Both the position numbers and the translations under genes were made by a program. Below, piece after piece: positions 46,895-60,900 of a stretch of DNA of 64,000 nt. The notes below the pieces were generated by a model. The model did no database searches and was not told the DNA's origin. It worked only from the letters and a program-made list of their open reading frames with translations. The stretch's first letter is position 1. Each line of letters starts with the position of its first letter. The stretch is from Caecitellus pseudoparvulus (taxonomy: Eukaryota > Protista > Bigyra: Bicosoecida). Where the stretch lies: the NCBI GenBank assembly GCA_965644315.1, contig CBFFRQ010000044.1, positions 124,001 through 188,000 of the forward strand, in the 5' to 3' direction.

Positions 46895-47161
46895 AGCTGA
46901 AAGCTGGCAATGAGCTGCTGTGCTGTGTCACGTTTCGGGGGCAGCTGAGGGTGGCTGCCGTGGTACTTCGGGGACACATGAACAAAACTCAAAACCAACC
47001 GCTCCTGTCTTCAGCTTCTTTGATGAATGTGCCCGACTCCTGCATCTGTGCTCGACGGTGCCCAACGCTGCCTTGTGTAGCCTGCGGAATTTGCCCTGGG
47101 CGCGGTGCACCACGCCCTGCTCGCTGCTGCCTAGTTCTCCTGCTCTCTCCGACCTGCCGCC

Positions 47162-49752
47162 ATGGCTGAGGAAATGACCTTCACCCCGGGGCGCATCGAC
47201 CGCACGATGGCGTACGACGACGCCGTGTTTGTGTCCCCAGCCAACTTCGAGGCGCTGACTGGGAGAGGTGGCGACGCTGTGTCCACACAGCGTGGCAAGC
47301 TCATGACCCTGCGCAACCAGAGTGTCTCTGGCACCCCTGCCGTGCACTTTTTTGTCAAGTGCGTGCCTGCGGGGTCATGCTCTGGCGCCGCGTGTTGTGG
47401 GGCGCCTCTTGCTGCCCGCCCCGTCCTTGCAACGTGGCGTGCAGCGCAGGGAAATGAGCGGATCACGCCCCCCCCCCTGCACCCCCTCCGCAGACCAAGC
47501 TCGAAAGTGTCTGGCAACGCAGTGCTCATGGGCTCCACCCACCGCACACTGGGGCAGTTTTCCCTCACGGACAGCGTCAGCATCCACCCCTTCAGCAGCG
47601 GAGACAGCGTGCCGCCCATGAAGTGCGTTTCGTGCCACACAGCACTGCCGCCCCCCCCGCTGCGCTGCACACCAAGCAACCACGCTCACCACACAGGGCT
47701 GCAGAGTGGCAAGTGGACCTCATCACACCCTCAGACACACCCGTGGTCATCAGCGCCAAGGGCTTGAAGGAACACCTTGTGGCAGCCTTCTCAGGCCACG
47801 TGTTCAGCCCCCGGCAACTGCTGGCTCTGCGCCTACCGGAAGAGGTGGCAGAGGGCGGCGGCGTCGGCTTGAAGCTGCACCTGCGCTCGTTCGTGCCGTA
47901 CAGCAAGGCTGATTTGGTGGGGCATGCGGCAGCCGAGGGCGGTCCAGGTGGGGCTGAGGCAGAGGCGGTGGTGGCGCCTGGCGCCTTCGCAACCCTGTCA
48001 GCACACACCGACATCACCTTCCTAAAGACCAAGGGCAGTGCCGTGCAGTTCAAAGGCGTGGTGGGGCACAGCAAGCCCGTGTTTGACAAGGGCTTCGACT
48101 TTGCTAGCATGGACATCGGCGGGCTGGATGCCGAGTTCGCGACCATTTTCCGCAAGGCGTTTGTGTCCCGCATGCTGCCGCCGTCCCTGGTGGCGGACAT
48201 GGGACTGCCCCACGTGAAGGGCATCTTGCTGTTCGGGCCCCCTGGCTGCGGCAAGACGCTCATCGCGCGCGAGTTGGCCAAGGCACTGAAGGCCAAGCCG
48301 CCGAAGATCGTGAACGGGCCGGAGATCCTGGACAAGTACGTGGGCGCGGCGGAGGAGCGCATCCGCGACCTGTTCAAAGACGCTGAGGAGGAACAGGCAG
48401 AAAAGGGCGACGCCAGCGACCTGCACATCATCATCTTCGACGAGATCGACTCCATCTGCCGCAAGCGTGGCACCATCACCAACGGCACGGGCGTGCACGA
48501 CAGCATCGTGAACCAGCTGCTGTCCAAGATCGACGGCGTGAACAGCCTGAACAACATCCTGCTCATCGGCATGACCAACCGCAAGGACATGCTGGACCCC
48601 GCCCTCATGCGGCCAGGGCGCTTCGAAGTGCACATGGAGATTTCCCTGCCTGACGCGGCGGGCCGCGTGCAGATCCTGAACATCCACACCAAGCAGCTGG
48701 CCTCCAAGGGCTTCCTGGCAGACGACTTCGACGTCAAGGGCCTCTCCACCATCACGGAGAACTTCACGGGTGCCGAGCTGGCGCGTGTCGTGCGTGACGC
48801 CCGTTCCTACGCCTTGTCAGAGGTGTTCGACGCCGACAAGGGCACGCTGGACTACCAGCGCCTGCGGGTGACGCAGGAGCACTTCGAGCGCGCCATCAGC
48901 ACCGCCGAACCCGCTTTCGGCAAGAAGGACGACGAGCTGGTGGTGTACACCCCCCATGGCATCATCCACTACTCAGAGGAATTCGAGCGGGTGACGCACG
49001 CACTGCAGCGCTCCATGCGCCAGGTGGCGGCACCCTCCTCCCGCACAGCCCTTCTCAGCGTGTGCTTGACGGGGCCAGCAGGCTCCGGCAAGAGTGCCCT
49101 GACGGCACACCTGGCCCAGCTCAGCAGCTTCGCGTACGTGAAGCGCCTGGGCGCCGACACACTTGTGGGGCAGGATGGCCACGGCAAGGTTGCTGCCCTG
49201 ACGGAGACGTTCTCTGACGCGTACAAGTCGCCGCTGAGCTTCATCATCCTGGACGACATCGAACGCATGATCGAGTGGGTGGACATCGGCCCCCACTTCA
49301 ACAACCCTGTCTTGCAAACCCTCATGGTGCTGCTGAAACGCCCGCCGCCCAAGCTGGGCCACAAACTGGTGGTGGTTTGCACCACCACCGCCGGCGTGCT
49401 GTCCCGCCTGGGCATGGAAGGCTCCTTCTCCCTGGCCTTCGACATGCCTGCCCCCGAGAGCCAGGCCGAGTTCAAGGCCATTCTCTCCGCCTTCAACATG
49501 CCGCCCGCCGACCAGGACCGGGCAGCGGGCCTGCTGCACAGCAAGGGCGACACCCTGTCCCTGAAGAAGCTCCTCCTGGTGCTGGACATCGCCTCACAGT
49601 ACGCTGCCGAGGACGGGGAAGGCAAGGGAGGCGAAGGGGAGGGGACTCCAGTGGCTGCCGCTGGCGCAGGGGCGGGCGATGGCGCCACGTCGCCGCCCGT
49701 GTCCATCGAAGCGTTCGAGAGCGCGCTGCTGGAGGTGGTGGGGTTCCTGTAG
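47162..49752 (+). CDS. NSF: Vesicle-fusing ATPase NSF/Sec18
   Basis: IGGLDAEF..IFRKAF.SR, GPPGCGKTLIAR, VNGPEILDKYVG, IIFDEIDSIC…VHDSIVNQLLSKIDGV, RPGRFE, second AAA GPAGSGKS and DDIER. Introns 47359-47493 and 47623-47696. Confidence 0.95.
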
Positions 49753-49843
49753 ACAGCCACGTCGACTAGGCACATGCAATGCATTTCTGTGATGAGCGTT
49801 CCTGTGCCGGGGGGGCTTGTGCGTGCGTGTCAGTACACCCCGC

Positions 49844-51441
49844 TTACCGCATGTCAGTGAGCATGGCCATGGGGTCCTCCAGGTACGCCTTCCATTGGTT
49901 TGAGAAGCGGGCCATGTTGGCACCATCCACCACGCGGTGGTCTGCTGCCCAGGACACGTTCATGATGTGGGCGGGCACCACCTCATCGGAATCCCCTGCG
50001 AACCGCGGCACGCGCTGCGTCTTGCCCAGGGCGGCGATGGCAACGGAAGGCAGGTTGATGATGGGGGAGGCGTAGGTGCCACCAATGGCCCCGATGTTGC
50101 TGAGGGTGAACGTGCCGCCCTTGAGGTCTTCAGGGCTGACCTTGCCGGCTTGGGCGGCGTCGATGAGGCGGTTCAGCTCCGCGGCCACCTCGAAAATGCT
50201 CAGGTTCTGCACGCCCTTGATGTTGGGCACGATGAGGCCGCGCGGCGAGTCAATGGCCACGCCAATGTTGTGGGCGCCCTTGATGGTCACCTCAGTCTCG
50301 TCGCTGTTCACTGCCGCGTTCAGGTCGGGGTACTGCTTCAAAGCCAGGGACACCGCCTTGATGATGAAGGGCATGAAGCTGAGCTTGGTTCCACGTGCCT
50401 CTGCCGCCGGTTTCAGGGACGCACGCAGGGCCATGAGTGCGTCCATCTGCACTTCATCGGCGTAGCCGAAGTGAGGCACCGCCCACGCCGTGTTCATGGT
50501 CTTCACCATGGTGCGTTGCAGTCCCTTGATGGGGCGCGTTTCGTCGGCAGGAATGCCAGCGCCGACGGCAGGTGCCGCTGCAGGGGCACCTGCAGGAGCC
50601 CCTGCGCTGGTGTCCAAGGCGGCCACATCCCCTGCCAAGAATGCCATGACGTCAGACTTCAGCACCCGCCCGTCCTTCCCGGTGGCTGGCACGGTGGCGA
50701 GGTCCACGCCGTTCTCACGAGCGATGCGACGGACAGCTGGTGTGGCAAGCACCTTGCCATCTGCGCCCAGCTTGGGCGTGCTACCAGGCGCAGCAGGCTC
50801 TGCGCCAGCTGCTGGCGTGGTGGCGGCGGCGGGGGAAGGTGCGGCGGCCTCGGCGCCGTCACTGGCGGGAGCGCCTGCCACCTCAGCCTCGCCCTCCACC
50901 TCAATGTCCAGCAAGGCGCTGCCAGTGGGGGCCATGTCACCCTCGGCGTAATGAATGGCACGGATGATGCCGTCGTAGCGCGAGGAAATCTCCACAGTGG
51001 CCTGTGGGCGCGAGCACGCGGCAGTGTTCGGAGGCTGGCTGCGCAGGCTCAGGTGCACTGCACCACGCACCTTGTCTGATTCCACCTGCAGCAGATTGTC
51101 GAACTGTTCCACCTTGTCCCCTACCTTCACAAACCACTCCCTCACCTCCACTTCTGCGATGCCCTCCCCGATGTCTGGCAGGTTGAATGGGATGACTGCG
51201 TGGCTGGCCGAGCTGCTGTGCACGGCTCGGACCTGCACGCTGGTGGTCTGCGTCAGGCGCGTGGCGGGGGCACAGTGCGCCGGTGCGGGGCAGAAGCAGA
51301 TTGCCGAGCAAGGGGGACACTCACAGGCTGCACGCTACACGCCACTCGCAGGGCAGTGCCTGACGCCGCCCCTCGTGTGGCCACGCGAAGCATGGTGCGC
51401 AGGGCAGGCTGGGCCAGCCGTGTCACTGCAGCCGCTGCCAT
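49844..51441 (-). CDS. DBT: Branched-chain alpha-keto acid dehydrogenase E2 (dihydrolipoamide branched-chain transacylase), mitochondrial
   Basis: Transit-like N-terminus, [11 protein letters not shown]…QFD, lipoyl motif SDK|ATVEISSRY after removing intron 51002-51070, [16 protein letters not shown], catalytic ADHRVVDG. First intron 51248-51324. Confidence 0.92.
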
Positions 51442-51900
51442 GGCAAATTGGTTCTGGGAGTCTGCCGAACAGGGGTAGTCGCCGATGGTTCTAGGCCACT
51501 GCATCTGCCGCAACGTACATGGAGAGTTTTGCCGGGTCACGTCAGGTGCTGGGAGTGCTTGCATCCCACGCTCAGTGCCCGCAGTTTTACCACCTTGCAA
51601 GGTGGGCCATGCTTCAAATCCAAGCGGACCAGAATCACGGCCACCATTTTTCTTGAGCCATCAAGGACTGCCTTGTGCTGTTTTGGCGGTGCCACTTGGC
51701 GGGGCTGCTGGCTTCTTCTTGCCGAAGTGCTCCGCCGGTCTCGGGCCAAGTTCCGCTCCAAGCCACGGCCGCTCCTGCGGGCTCCTCAGAGAGGGGTAGA
51801 GCAAGCTTTGGGCGGAGAAGAACGGCTCCTTTTAAGTAAACGTACAGAAGTTTGACCGGGTTGGAACCATTCGTTGAATAGGCGCTCTGTGAGCTTCAGA

Positions 51901-54900
51901 ATGGGGCACCGATCGGCACCCTTCTTGCGCCCTACTAGGTCGCGTGGCACTCCGTCTTTCAGCTTGCCAGCACTGAATGGCGCCACGGAGGCCGCTGAAG
52001 GCGTGCCAGGAGGCATCGCACACTTGGGCGACACAGAGGTGACCGTATCAGTCTGCCACAAGCCTTATGGAGCGGGTGCGCGCTGCGAGCAACGCCGCGA
52101 TCAAGGAGGCGGTGCAGAGGCGAGTGGTGTGGGTTCCCCGGCATGTGAAGCTCTGTCGCCAATAGTTCAGGCAAGCCAGGAACGCACACTTCGTTCATCT
52201 CGACGAGGCTCGCGCCTGCCGCCTCTGGCGCACTGGCTGTGGCTGTTGGCAGCTTGTGCCGTGGCGCGGTGCGGCGACGGAGCCAACCCGCTAGCACGGC
52301 GAGGCCTGCTCGTCGCTGACCTTGTGACGCAGAACCACAGCACACTGCCACTGCCATCTCATCTTCCTGTGCTGTGGACACAGCATGCTTCCATGGGGGC
52401 TGGGGGCGGCCTGAATGTGGACAGCTGCACCGCCAACTCCAGCCAACTGCTTGGCGCTGCGCTGGCCGTCCTGCCAGACTTTGACGATGATGGCTTGCTT
52501 GACTTGGCGGTTGGGGTGCCGTTCCATGGCCCGCCTGACGGACGAGGATCTGTCTTCTTGTACCGCATGCATTGGTCGGGCGATCGCCCGGCATTTTCGC
52601 ACTGCTCCTTCTTCACGGCCCCGAGCCCTGTGGACAACCAGCAGGTGGGAGCTTCACTGGCTCACCTGGGGGACCTCGCAGGGAACGGAACCACTGCCTT
52701 GGCTGCGGGTGCCCCTGGTACCTTGGCATCTGCAGTGTACGTGCTGTTCCTGGGGCCGGCTGGCAGTGTGCTGGGGCACACTTTGATCACTCCGGACGAC
52801 CTCACGCCTCCGTTCCAAGCGACGCAAGTGGGCAACTTCGGCTCGGCACTGGCGGCGGCAGGGGACTACAGTGGGGATGGCACCATGGACATGCTTGTGG
52901 GAGCCGCAGGGACGGGATCCACCAGCGGGGACATCTTGCGAGTGGGGCTCGGCATGGTGCCCCTGCGACCAAACGGCACGGTACACTTGGAGTCTGGACA
53001 GGTGTGCTTCTTCCCCGGCATCTCACAGCCCCTTCCTACCAGCTTGGGCTCCGTACCATCGAGCAGTTTCGGAGGCTCCGCACTTGAGGTTCTGCGCACC
53101 CACGCGAGTGGTCAGGTGGACTTCGTGCTCGGCTTCAGGGGTGACGAGGACCGCCCATTCGCCTACATGTCCCTGTTGTGTTCTCCCACGAACACGCTGC
53201 AGGTACTGGCTGCTACCCCGTTGAACAGCACTCGTAGTGGAGACCTTGTATTTACCCCATACGCACCAGCGTTTTTTGGCAACAGCCTTGCTTGCGCGGG
53301 GGACTACGACAGGGATGGCATTCCCGACCTCCTGCTCGGCGGGCAGAAGTATCATGCCCAAGACTACGGCATGCTCATGGCACTGGGCAGCGGGGGTGAC
53401 AAAGTGCCGTTGAATGCGTCCGCCGAGTCCCAGTACGTGGTGGCCCCAGCCGCAGCTGGCGTCGGTGTGGGCATTGGCTCAGGTGCGACGGCGAAAGAGT
53501 TTGGCGCCGCAGCTGTGGTGGTGCCCATGCTGCTGCCTGCCTTGTTCGGGAACGCTTCTCTTGGCCGCCGCATGGGACTGGAAGGGGTGGACAAGGCTGC
53601 CATGTGGATTGTGTCCTCAGTCAGGTCTGTTGCTGGCATCACCTTCATAGGCACAGGCCTGCCAGCGAGGGTGCAGCACTGCCCCTCCATGCAGACAGTG
53701 CCCAGCATCTTGCCCTGTGAAGATGACCCGGGTTGCGTGGTTCATGGTGACCCTCAAGTGATGATGGGGGTGAATGCGCACCCTCAAGATTTCATGTCCA
53801 GCGTCGCAGTGTTGGGGGACTTGAACGGTGACGGGGTCACTGATGTCGCGTTCGGCTCCCCAGGCCGCACTGGACCCCAGCAGAGCTCCAGCAGCGGAGC
53901 CGTCAGTGTTGTGCTTGTGAACGAGCCGGGTGTTGCTGAGAGTGTCGTGGTGTACAGCAACAGCTCTGTGCTGCCGACGCTGGGTATCCCTCCCGGCTTC
54001 CACCCAGCGTTGGAGGGTGCAGAGTTTGGGTTCACCCTTGCCCCAATTGACTTCAACGGCGATGAACACGCTGATTTGGCTGTTGGGTGCTTTTTGCGTG
54101 AGCAAGCGGACGCTTTTGCTGCCTTCATCCTGCAGCTCAGTGACGGAGGGCAGCCGCTGAGTGGGAGCTCATTTAGCATCGCACACGATCCTGGATTGAA
54201 CCGTGTCACAGTCACCAAGCGAGGCGCCCTGGCTTCCGCCGGCCACCTCTCAAACGGCAGGTTTGGAGAGAGTAGGACAGTGCAGGACCTTGTGCTTGGA
54301 GCTCCTGGCTTGGAAGATGGCCCGGTTGTGATCCTTGCGCTTGGGGAGGCGGGTCCAACCCAGGCGCTGGACTCCAACGTGACCATCCCAGTTGCTGAGT
54401 TCTACACCGGCCCCCTTGACCTCAGTGGATCGGTGCTTGGCACGTCAGTGGCAGTCGAGTTGCTCGATTCCAGTCTGGTCGGTCCGACGCACCGGGTCTT
54501 TGTGGGCGCCCCCGAGTTGCAAGACGACATTGGCAATGTAATGGGCGGTGTATTCTACGTCGATTTGGCGGAGAGCAGTGAAGTGCCGCTTCTGTTCATC
54601 TTCCATGGATCGGGAGCTATCTTTCCAACGGACGGTTTTGGGACCCGTTTTGGCAACAGCTTGGCCAGTGCTGGCGACATCAATGGAGATGGCGTCGGCG
54701 ACTTGCTCGTCGGTTCCCCCACATGGCAGCCTCCGTCCCCGCCTTACGCGCCTGTGGCAACGGGGAGGGTGTCTCTTTTGCTCCTCCATGGCTTGTCAGA
54801 GCCGGTAGAGCACGTGCCGGTGGAACCAAGCACAGGTCGAGGTGGGTTCTTTCGAGAGCTGCAGTTGGACGCAGGCAAGTTTGGGGCGGGGGTTGCAGTT

Positions 54901-57900
54901 GGGCACACGTCCGTCAGCGACCCGGCCCTGTCGCTTTTTGTCGTTTCTTCAAGCACAAACATCACCGACGAATTGGTGGTGCAGGCTGGGGCTCTGTGGC
55001 AACTAGGCATGAAAGCCGAAGGCAGTTTGAACTCTGCAGCTGCCTTCGCAACTTTGCCTCGCCAGATCCCGGCCTTCCAGGTCACGGGCGGCGCCCCATC
55101 CTTCTTCATGAGCGCCCCAGAAACTCCGAACGACGAGCCGTTTCCCGGCGCTGACCAGCATTTCGGGAGCGCTGTGGCTCATATAGGCGTGCATGACTCG
55201 ATGGACTTTGTCGCTGTCAGCACGGCAACGCTTCGTGTGGACGGCACCGCTGCGGGGGACGTTTTCCTGCTCACCGTCGATGAGGGTGGCAGCATCAACT
55301 CCTCAATGCTGTTGCTACCCCTGCCCCCTGGATCTGTGATCAAGACTCAAGACTGGTTTGGCTTCTCCCTTGCCCGCATTGGGCAGCTTGACGGTGTAGC
55401 GCTGGACGAACTTGCCGTGGGTGCTCCTGCACCCCCTGGCTCAGGGCGTCCTGGGGCTGTGCATGTGCTGTTTCTGCACGAAGCAGGTGTGCTGCGATCA
55501 ACGCACATCTCTGCGAGCAAGTTCCTCGGGACTGATGCGATTGAGTCCTCAGCTGGTTGGTCTGTGTCTGCTGCGGGTGATGTGGATGGGGATGCACTTG
55601 GTGATCTCTGGGTTGGTGCCCCCGACATCGATGGACTCACACCTGGATTGCATCAAAGTGGAGGTGCTGTTTTGCTGCGTCTTTCTCACAAGGGCACATT
55701 GAAAGACGGCTCTGTGCCCTTTGTGCTGCAAGGCGGCTCAGATCCACACTTTGCTCCGACTTCTGGGGAGCGCGCAGGCGTGGCCCTGGCAACGACCCTG
55801 CGTCCTGAAGCTCATGATCTGCACTGCACTCTTGCGATGGGTTCCGAAGGTGCTCTCGAACAGGGCGGCGTTTGGCTCCTGAACGTGCACAAGAACGCAA
55901 CTGTGGTGTCTGCAGAGTTCCTCAGCGCCCCCCCTGGTTCCCCCCTCCCCGCTCCAGGGGCATTCTTCGGCGCCGCCCTTGCATGGGCAGGGGATGTGGC
56001 AGGTTCCACTGTCCCGGATTTACTGGTGGGCGCGCCAGGCCAGCAGTCCATGTTTGGTCACCAGGCAGCGGGAGCAGTGTGGCTGCTGCTCGACGCAAGT
56101 CCAGGCTCAGTAGGGCAAGCTGCGAGCATTTCTGATGGTACGAGGGGGTTGATTGGTCAAGGAGGAGGGAGCGTAGTTTCTCCCTATTCCGCCTTTGGTT
56201 CATCTGTCGCAGTCATGGTGCAAAACAGCTCTCTGACCCTGCTCGTCGGCGCCCCTGGGCACGACGACCGAGGGTACAACTCTGGTGGTCTGCTGCTGCT
56301 GAAGTTGGACACAGAAGTCACTGAAAGGCTGGACTCGCTGGCGTTATCCCCCTTTCCAGTCCGCCGCATGCTGATCAATGCGAGCCACGACGTTGCGGCA
56401 CTGGACTCCCCGTTTCCACCTACAGTGCCAGCGGCTGCTTTTTCAGTGGGAGCTCACGACTACCAACTTGGCATGGGGCTGAGTGCTCTGTCCCTGGTCG
56501 GAGACGGGAGTGCGTTCGGACTCATCTTGTCCAGCTCCGTGGACAACAGCACAGGGTCTCTGCCAGGCGCCGTGTACTTGGTGAGAATGGCTCTTGGCCC
56601 AAACATGCAGGCTTCGATTGAAAGCACTGTGCGTGTGGGCATCACAATACTTGGCTTGGGGGGTATATACAGTGCCTCAGCCGAGTTTGGGGCTGCTGTT
56701 GCAAGCATTGGAGACATCTCAGGCGACGGATCGGGCGACCTTGTAGTTGGCGTCCCAGGGCACGCAGGGTCCAGGGGTGGAGCTGTGATTCTCAAGGTCT
56801 CACCTGCAGCGGTCCAAGTTGAGCCCTATGGTCATGTGGTGCACGGGAGCTTCGCAGCATTGAACCAAATTTTCGTGCCTGGTGCGCGAGTTGGTGCGGC
56901 GGTCGCAGGGCTGTGTGACCTCGCTGCTATTCGGCGCTCTGCGCTGCTCCTCGGCTCTCCTGGCAGCTCGTCCCAGTCTGCCACCATCCTCGTATTTGAC
57001 GTAGGCCTGTCATTGGTCGCATCTGCTACTGTCACTGCTCCCACCCCAGGCGCCGGCTTCGGTTCCAGCGTGGCACTTATCCAGGCACCCACAACACTCG
57101 GGCCAACACTGTTCGCTGTGGGAGCTCCACTCAGCAACTTCTCGGCTGCTGCAGCAGGGCTTGTTCATCTATACTCCGTCTACCCATCCGATTTGAACCA
57201 CGAGGAGCCAACTTACCTGGAGACGATTTTCCCATTCGGCCAGCTGACAGGGACACAGAGGATGGCTTTCACCAACTTTCAGTTTGGACGCTCACTCGCC
57301 ACTGTCGGTGACTTTGACGGAGACGGCATCGGAGACATGCTCATTGGAACAGCAGGCCCTGCAACATGCGCGGTTATCGCTCTGTCCCCGAACCCGGCGT
57401 CCGCCACCCCCCTCGCCAACGCTTCCGTGCGAATCCGCGACACTTTTCAAGGCGCTTTTCCAGGGGCCCGCAGCGTCTCCTCCATGCTTGGTGCCTCAGT
57501 TGGCGTACTTCCCGTGCCTGGGGGGTCGAGCTCACTCCTTGCGATCGGGGACCCAGCAGTTGGTGAGCCAGGTAAAGTGTGGCTTCTGGAGAGCACCGTT
57601 CCTGTGTTGCAGACCTGCCCTGAGCCGCGCCCACCCCCCCTTGTCAATGGCGTGCTCCCGATTTCTAATGGCTCAACAAACCTCAACCTTGGTCTTGACG
57701 GAGCCTTTGGTGCAAGCATCACGTTTTTGGCTGATTCTGGAGGGCCCTTCACGCCAGACTTTGCAACGGGCCTCATCGTTGTGGGCGCTCAATGTGAGGT
57801 CGGCGTGGGTGGATCGCGCACCTCGTCTGGCTGCGCCTCGGTGCAGGCAAGCAGCTTCGGCGGCGTGTACTTGCTTTCGGAAGACCACACAGTAGTGTGC

Positions 57901-60900
57901 CGCTTCACTGCGCTTGAGCGCTGTGGAGGAGTCCACGGAATTTGGCTGACCGCTAGCACACTTTTCAAGAGTGACCCGCTGCTGGAGTTGGGGGCGGCAA
58001 TGGCCGCCATCCCAGACTTCTCTGGGAATGGCATCGGTGACCTCGCCATCGGGGCGCCTGCAGCAGATTTTCAAACATTCGGAGCATGTGGGGCAGTGTT
58101 TGTCATCGACGTTTCCACGACAAGCTCGAATGGGTTGATTGCGCCACAAGTGCAGCTGCACACAACGTATCCAGTGTCTGCTTTCGAACTCGGATTTGGG
58201 ACACTCGCGGAATACGATCGATTTGGGAGCTCCATCACAGCGCTGTGCCCTCACGATGACATCTTCACACAGCCGAGCATGCTGGTCGGCTCCCCAAGGG
58301 CAGAGGCTGCGTCGAAGACAGCATCGTGCAATGCTGGGGAGCTCTCTTGGGTGCTTCGAAGTCCGCGGCAGCTTGGTGGTGGCCGCGTGATTAAGCTGGA
58401 CCTGGCGTCCACGGCAGGAGTGGCTTGCGGCTCAGAGATGGGAACGTCCCTGGAGTTCATTGGTCTGGAAAACACTGCAACTGGGGTTGCTTGGCGCGTG
58501 GCAGTCGGCGCGCCGGGCAGCGGTCTGCCTGAAGAATCGATCTACTTGTTTGACCTGAACCTTCCTGAAGCAGCCCCAACCCCCTCAGTCGTGGGCTGGC
58601 ATCAAATCAAGGCATCCTCGTTGCCCGGGTATGCTCAGCCCTCCCCGCTCCACTTCGGCAGTGCCCTTGCAAGGGCCGGCGATGTTAACTTGGATGGTCA
58701 CCTGGACCTGTGGGTGGGGGTTCCTGGGCGGGAGGGGCTTCCCGGACTGGACACTGGAGGGGTTATTTTGCTACATGGGCCCTTGAACACGAGTGACGTG
58801 GCCACCACAGCTCTGGAACCCGGTTTGTCAGGGCTTCGGACACAAGCACAGCCTTCGTTTGGCTTTGGTGAATCCCTTCACCAAATCTCTGTCGGGTCAG
58901 GCGTCAACAGCAGCACCAGTCTGCTGATTGGAGCACCGCAGGCAAGAGTGCAAGGGCAGCCAAATTACGTTGGCGCCGTGGGCCGGATGTTCCTCCGCGT
59001 CGGAGCCCCCCTGCGACCAAACGCGTGCGACCCTCCGCACGTGACCCGTGCCACCTTTCTTTCTTCTGTCAGAGACTTGGACTTCAACTCTTCAATGGTA
59101 GACCTGGCACAAGTGGGAGCTGCCTCTGCGTTTCTAGGTCGCTGGGGACAGCTGGGCGGTCACATACTCGCGACAAGCATGCCATTGCTGCGCTCAGAAG
59201 CAGAGAACAAGGAAGTGGGGGGCATCGCTTTATTGCACCTGCATAGCACCGAGAACGTCTCAACCTCACAGTTCATCAGTGCACCACACTTGCTTCCATT
59301 AATGACCGATTCTAGTGATGCGTGGGAAGATGACCTCCACTTCGGTGCAGCACTTGCCACGTTCCACAGCAACCTTGGCACCGGGCTGCTTGTGGGTGCC
59401 AGTCAGTACAAGGGGCGGTGTGGTCTTGTGTTTTCCTTGATCTTCACCGATGCTTCACCGACCCTGGTCGAGGTGGCCGGCGTTCAGGTCGCGGGTCCCG
59501 GGGTGCTTTTCCCGTCAGACGTTCCTGTCTGCTCGATCCTTGAAATGGGAACCTCTCTGGCCAGCATGCCAGGTCTGAACAATGACCAGAATACTTCCTT
59601 TGCCACCGGTCTGCCTGTATGGAACATGCAAGGTGCAGTGGGCTTGGCAAAGGTTGGTCAAGATGGACGCCTCTTTGGCGGGGCACTCCTTTCGCAGAGC
59701 ACACTATCTGCGCGCTTCCCCCAGGAGCTGTCGACTGGAGCGCAGTTCGGAACTTCTTTGGCTGTGGTGCGCTCGAATGTGCTGGGCACTAGCGGCACTT
59801 CTCAAGCCTTGCTTGCGTGTGGAGTCCCTGGTGCGCCAGTGAACAACTACGCCTCCCGAGGTGCCATCATCATTCTCCTCGTATCTTCCGAAGGATTGGT
59901 GCTTGGTGCCCCGATGGTGCGCCTGGAACCATCGGAGCTGTTCCTTAGCGACATGCAGCAGCATAACCTCAAGCTTGGACGGCACATGGCAGCAGCTGGG
60001 GACATTGATGGAGACGGCATGGGAGATCTGCTCGTGTCTCTGCCCGAAAAAGGCAAGGCATGGATAAAGTTTGGAGCTTTTAGCAGTGCCAATGTGACTG
60101 TTCAGTCCCATTCCTGGCTTCCTTTAGGGCCAGGCGTCAGTGGGTGGTTGTCGCTTGAGGAAGATGAGCCGACGCTGCTTGATCCTGGGATTCTTCTGCC
60201 GCCATCCTTTGCTCCAGGTGCACCTCTCTCAATGTTCCTTGGCGAGCGCTTTTCCAGTCGTGCATGTGGCGGCAGTGCCTCAGCATGTGGGGGCTTGTGG
60301 GCGGTGAACACGAGCCTGCGAGCGCTAGGCCCTTCACAGCCGCTGCCCTGGCAACCCTCAGCATGCAAAGTCATTGGTGGAGACTCTGGCTTCTTACGTC
60401 TGCACCTCCACGTCGGAAATCTGTTCGGATCTGCTGTCACGCATATCCCAGCTCGCGGCAGTTCTGCAGGGATTGGGATCCTCGCAGTCGGCGCTCCTGC
60501 CTTCACCGCACAAGGCCAGTCAACGTTGAACACCGCAGGGGCAGTCTTTCTCTTGCGCTTACGGCAGGATGCGTCGTACAGCCAAGTCTTGCGGCTCTCT
60601 GAAGGCATGGGGCAGTATGGGTTGGAACGAAGCCTGCGAACAGGCGGTCGGTTGGGCTCTGCCCTCGCTTGGGTTGACAGCATGCAGTGTCTGGCTATTG
60701 GATCTGCCGCAGCAGGCATCCCCGGGAAACTTGTTCTCGCCTTTTTGGACACTCACACCTTGTCGCTGTTAAACACCAAGGAATTCGATGCCCCAGAGCG
60801 CTTGCTTGACTCAACTGGCGGCGGCAACCACCCTCTCTTTTCAGCAAGCATCGCCGATGCAACAGCCTCTGGCTCTGGCCCTTTCAGCTACATTGCAGTT

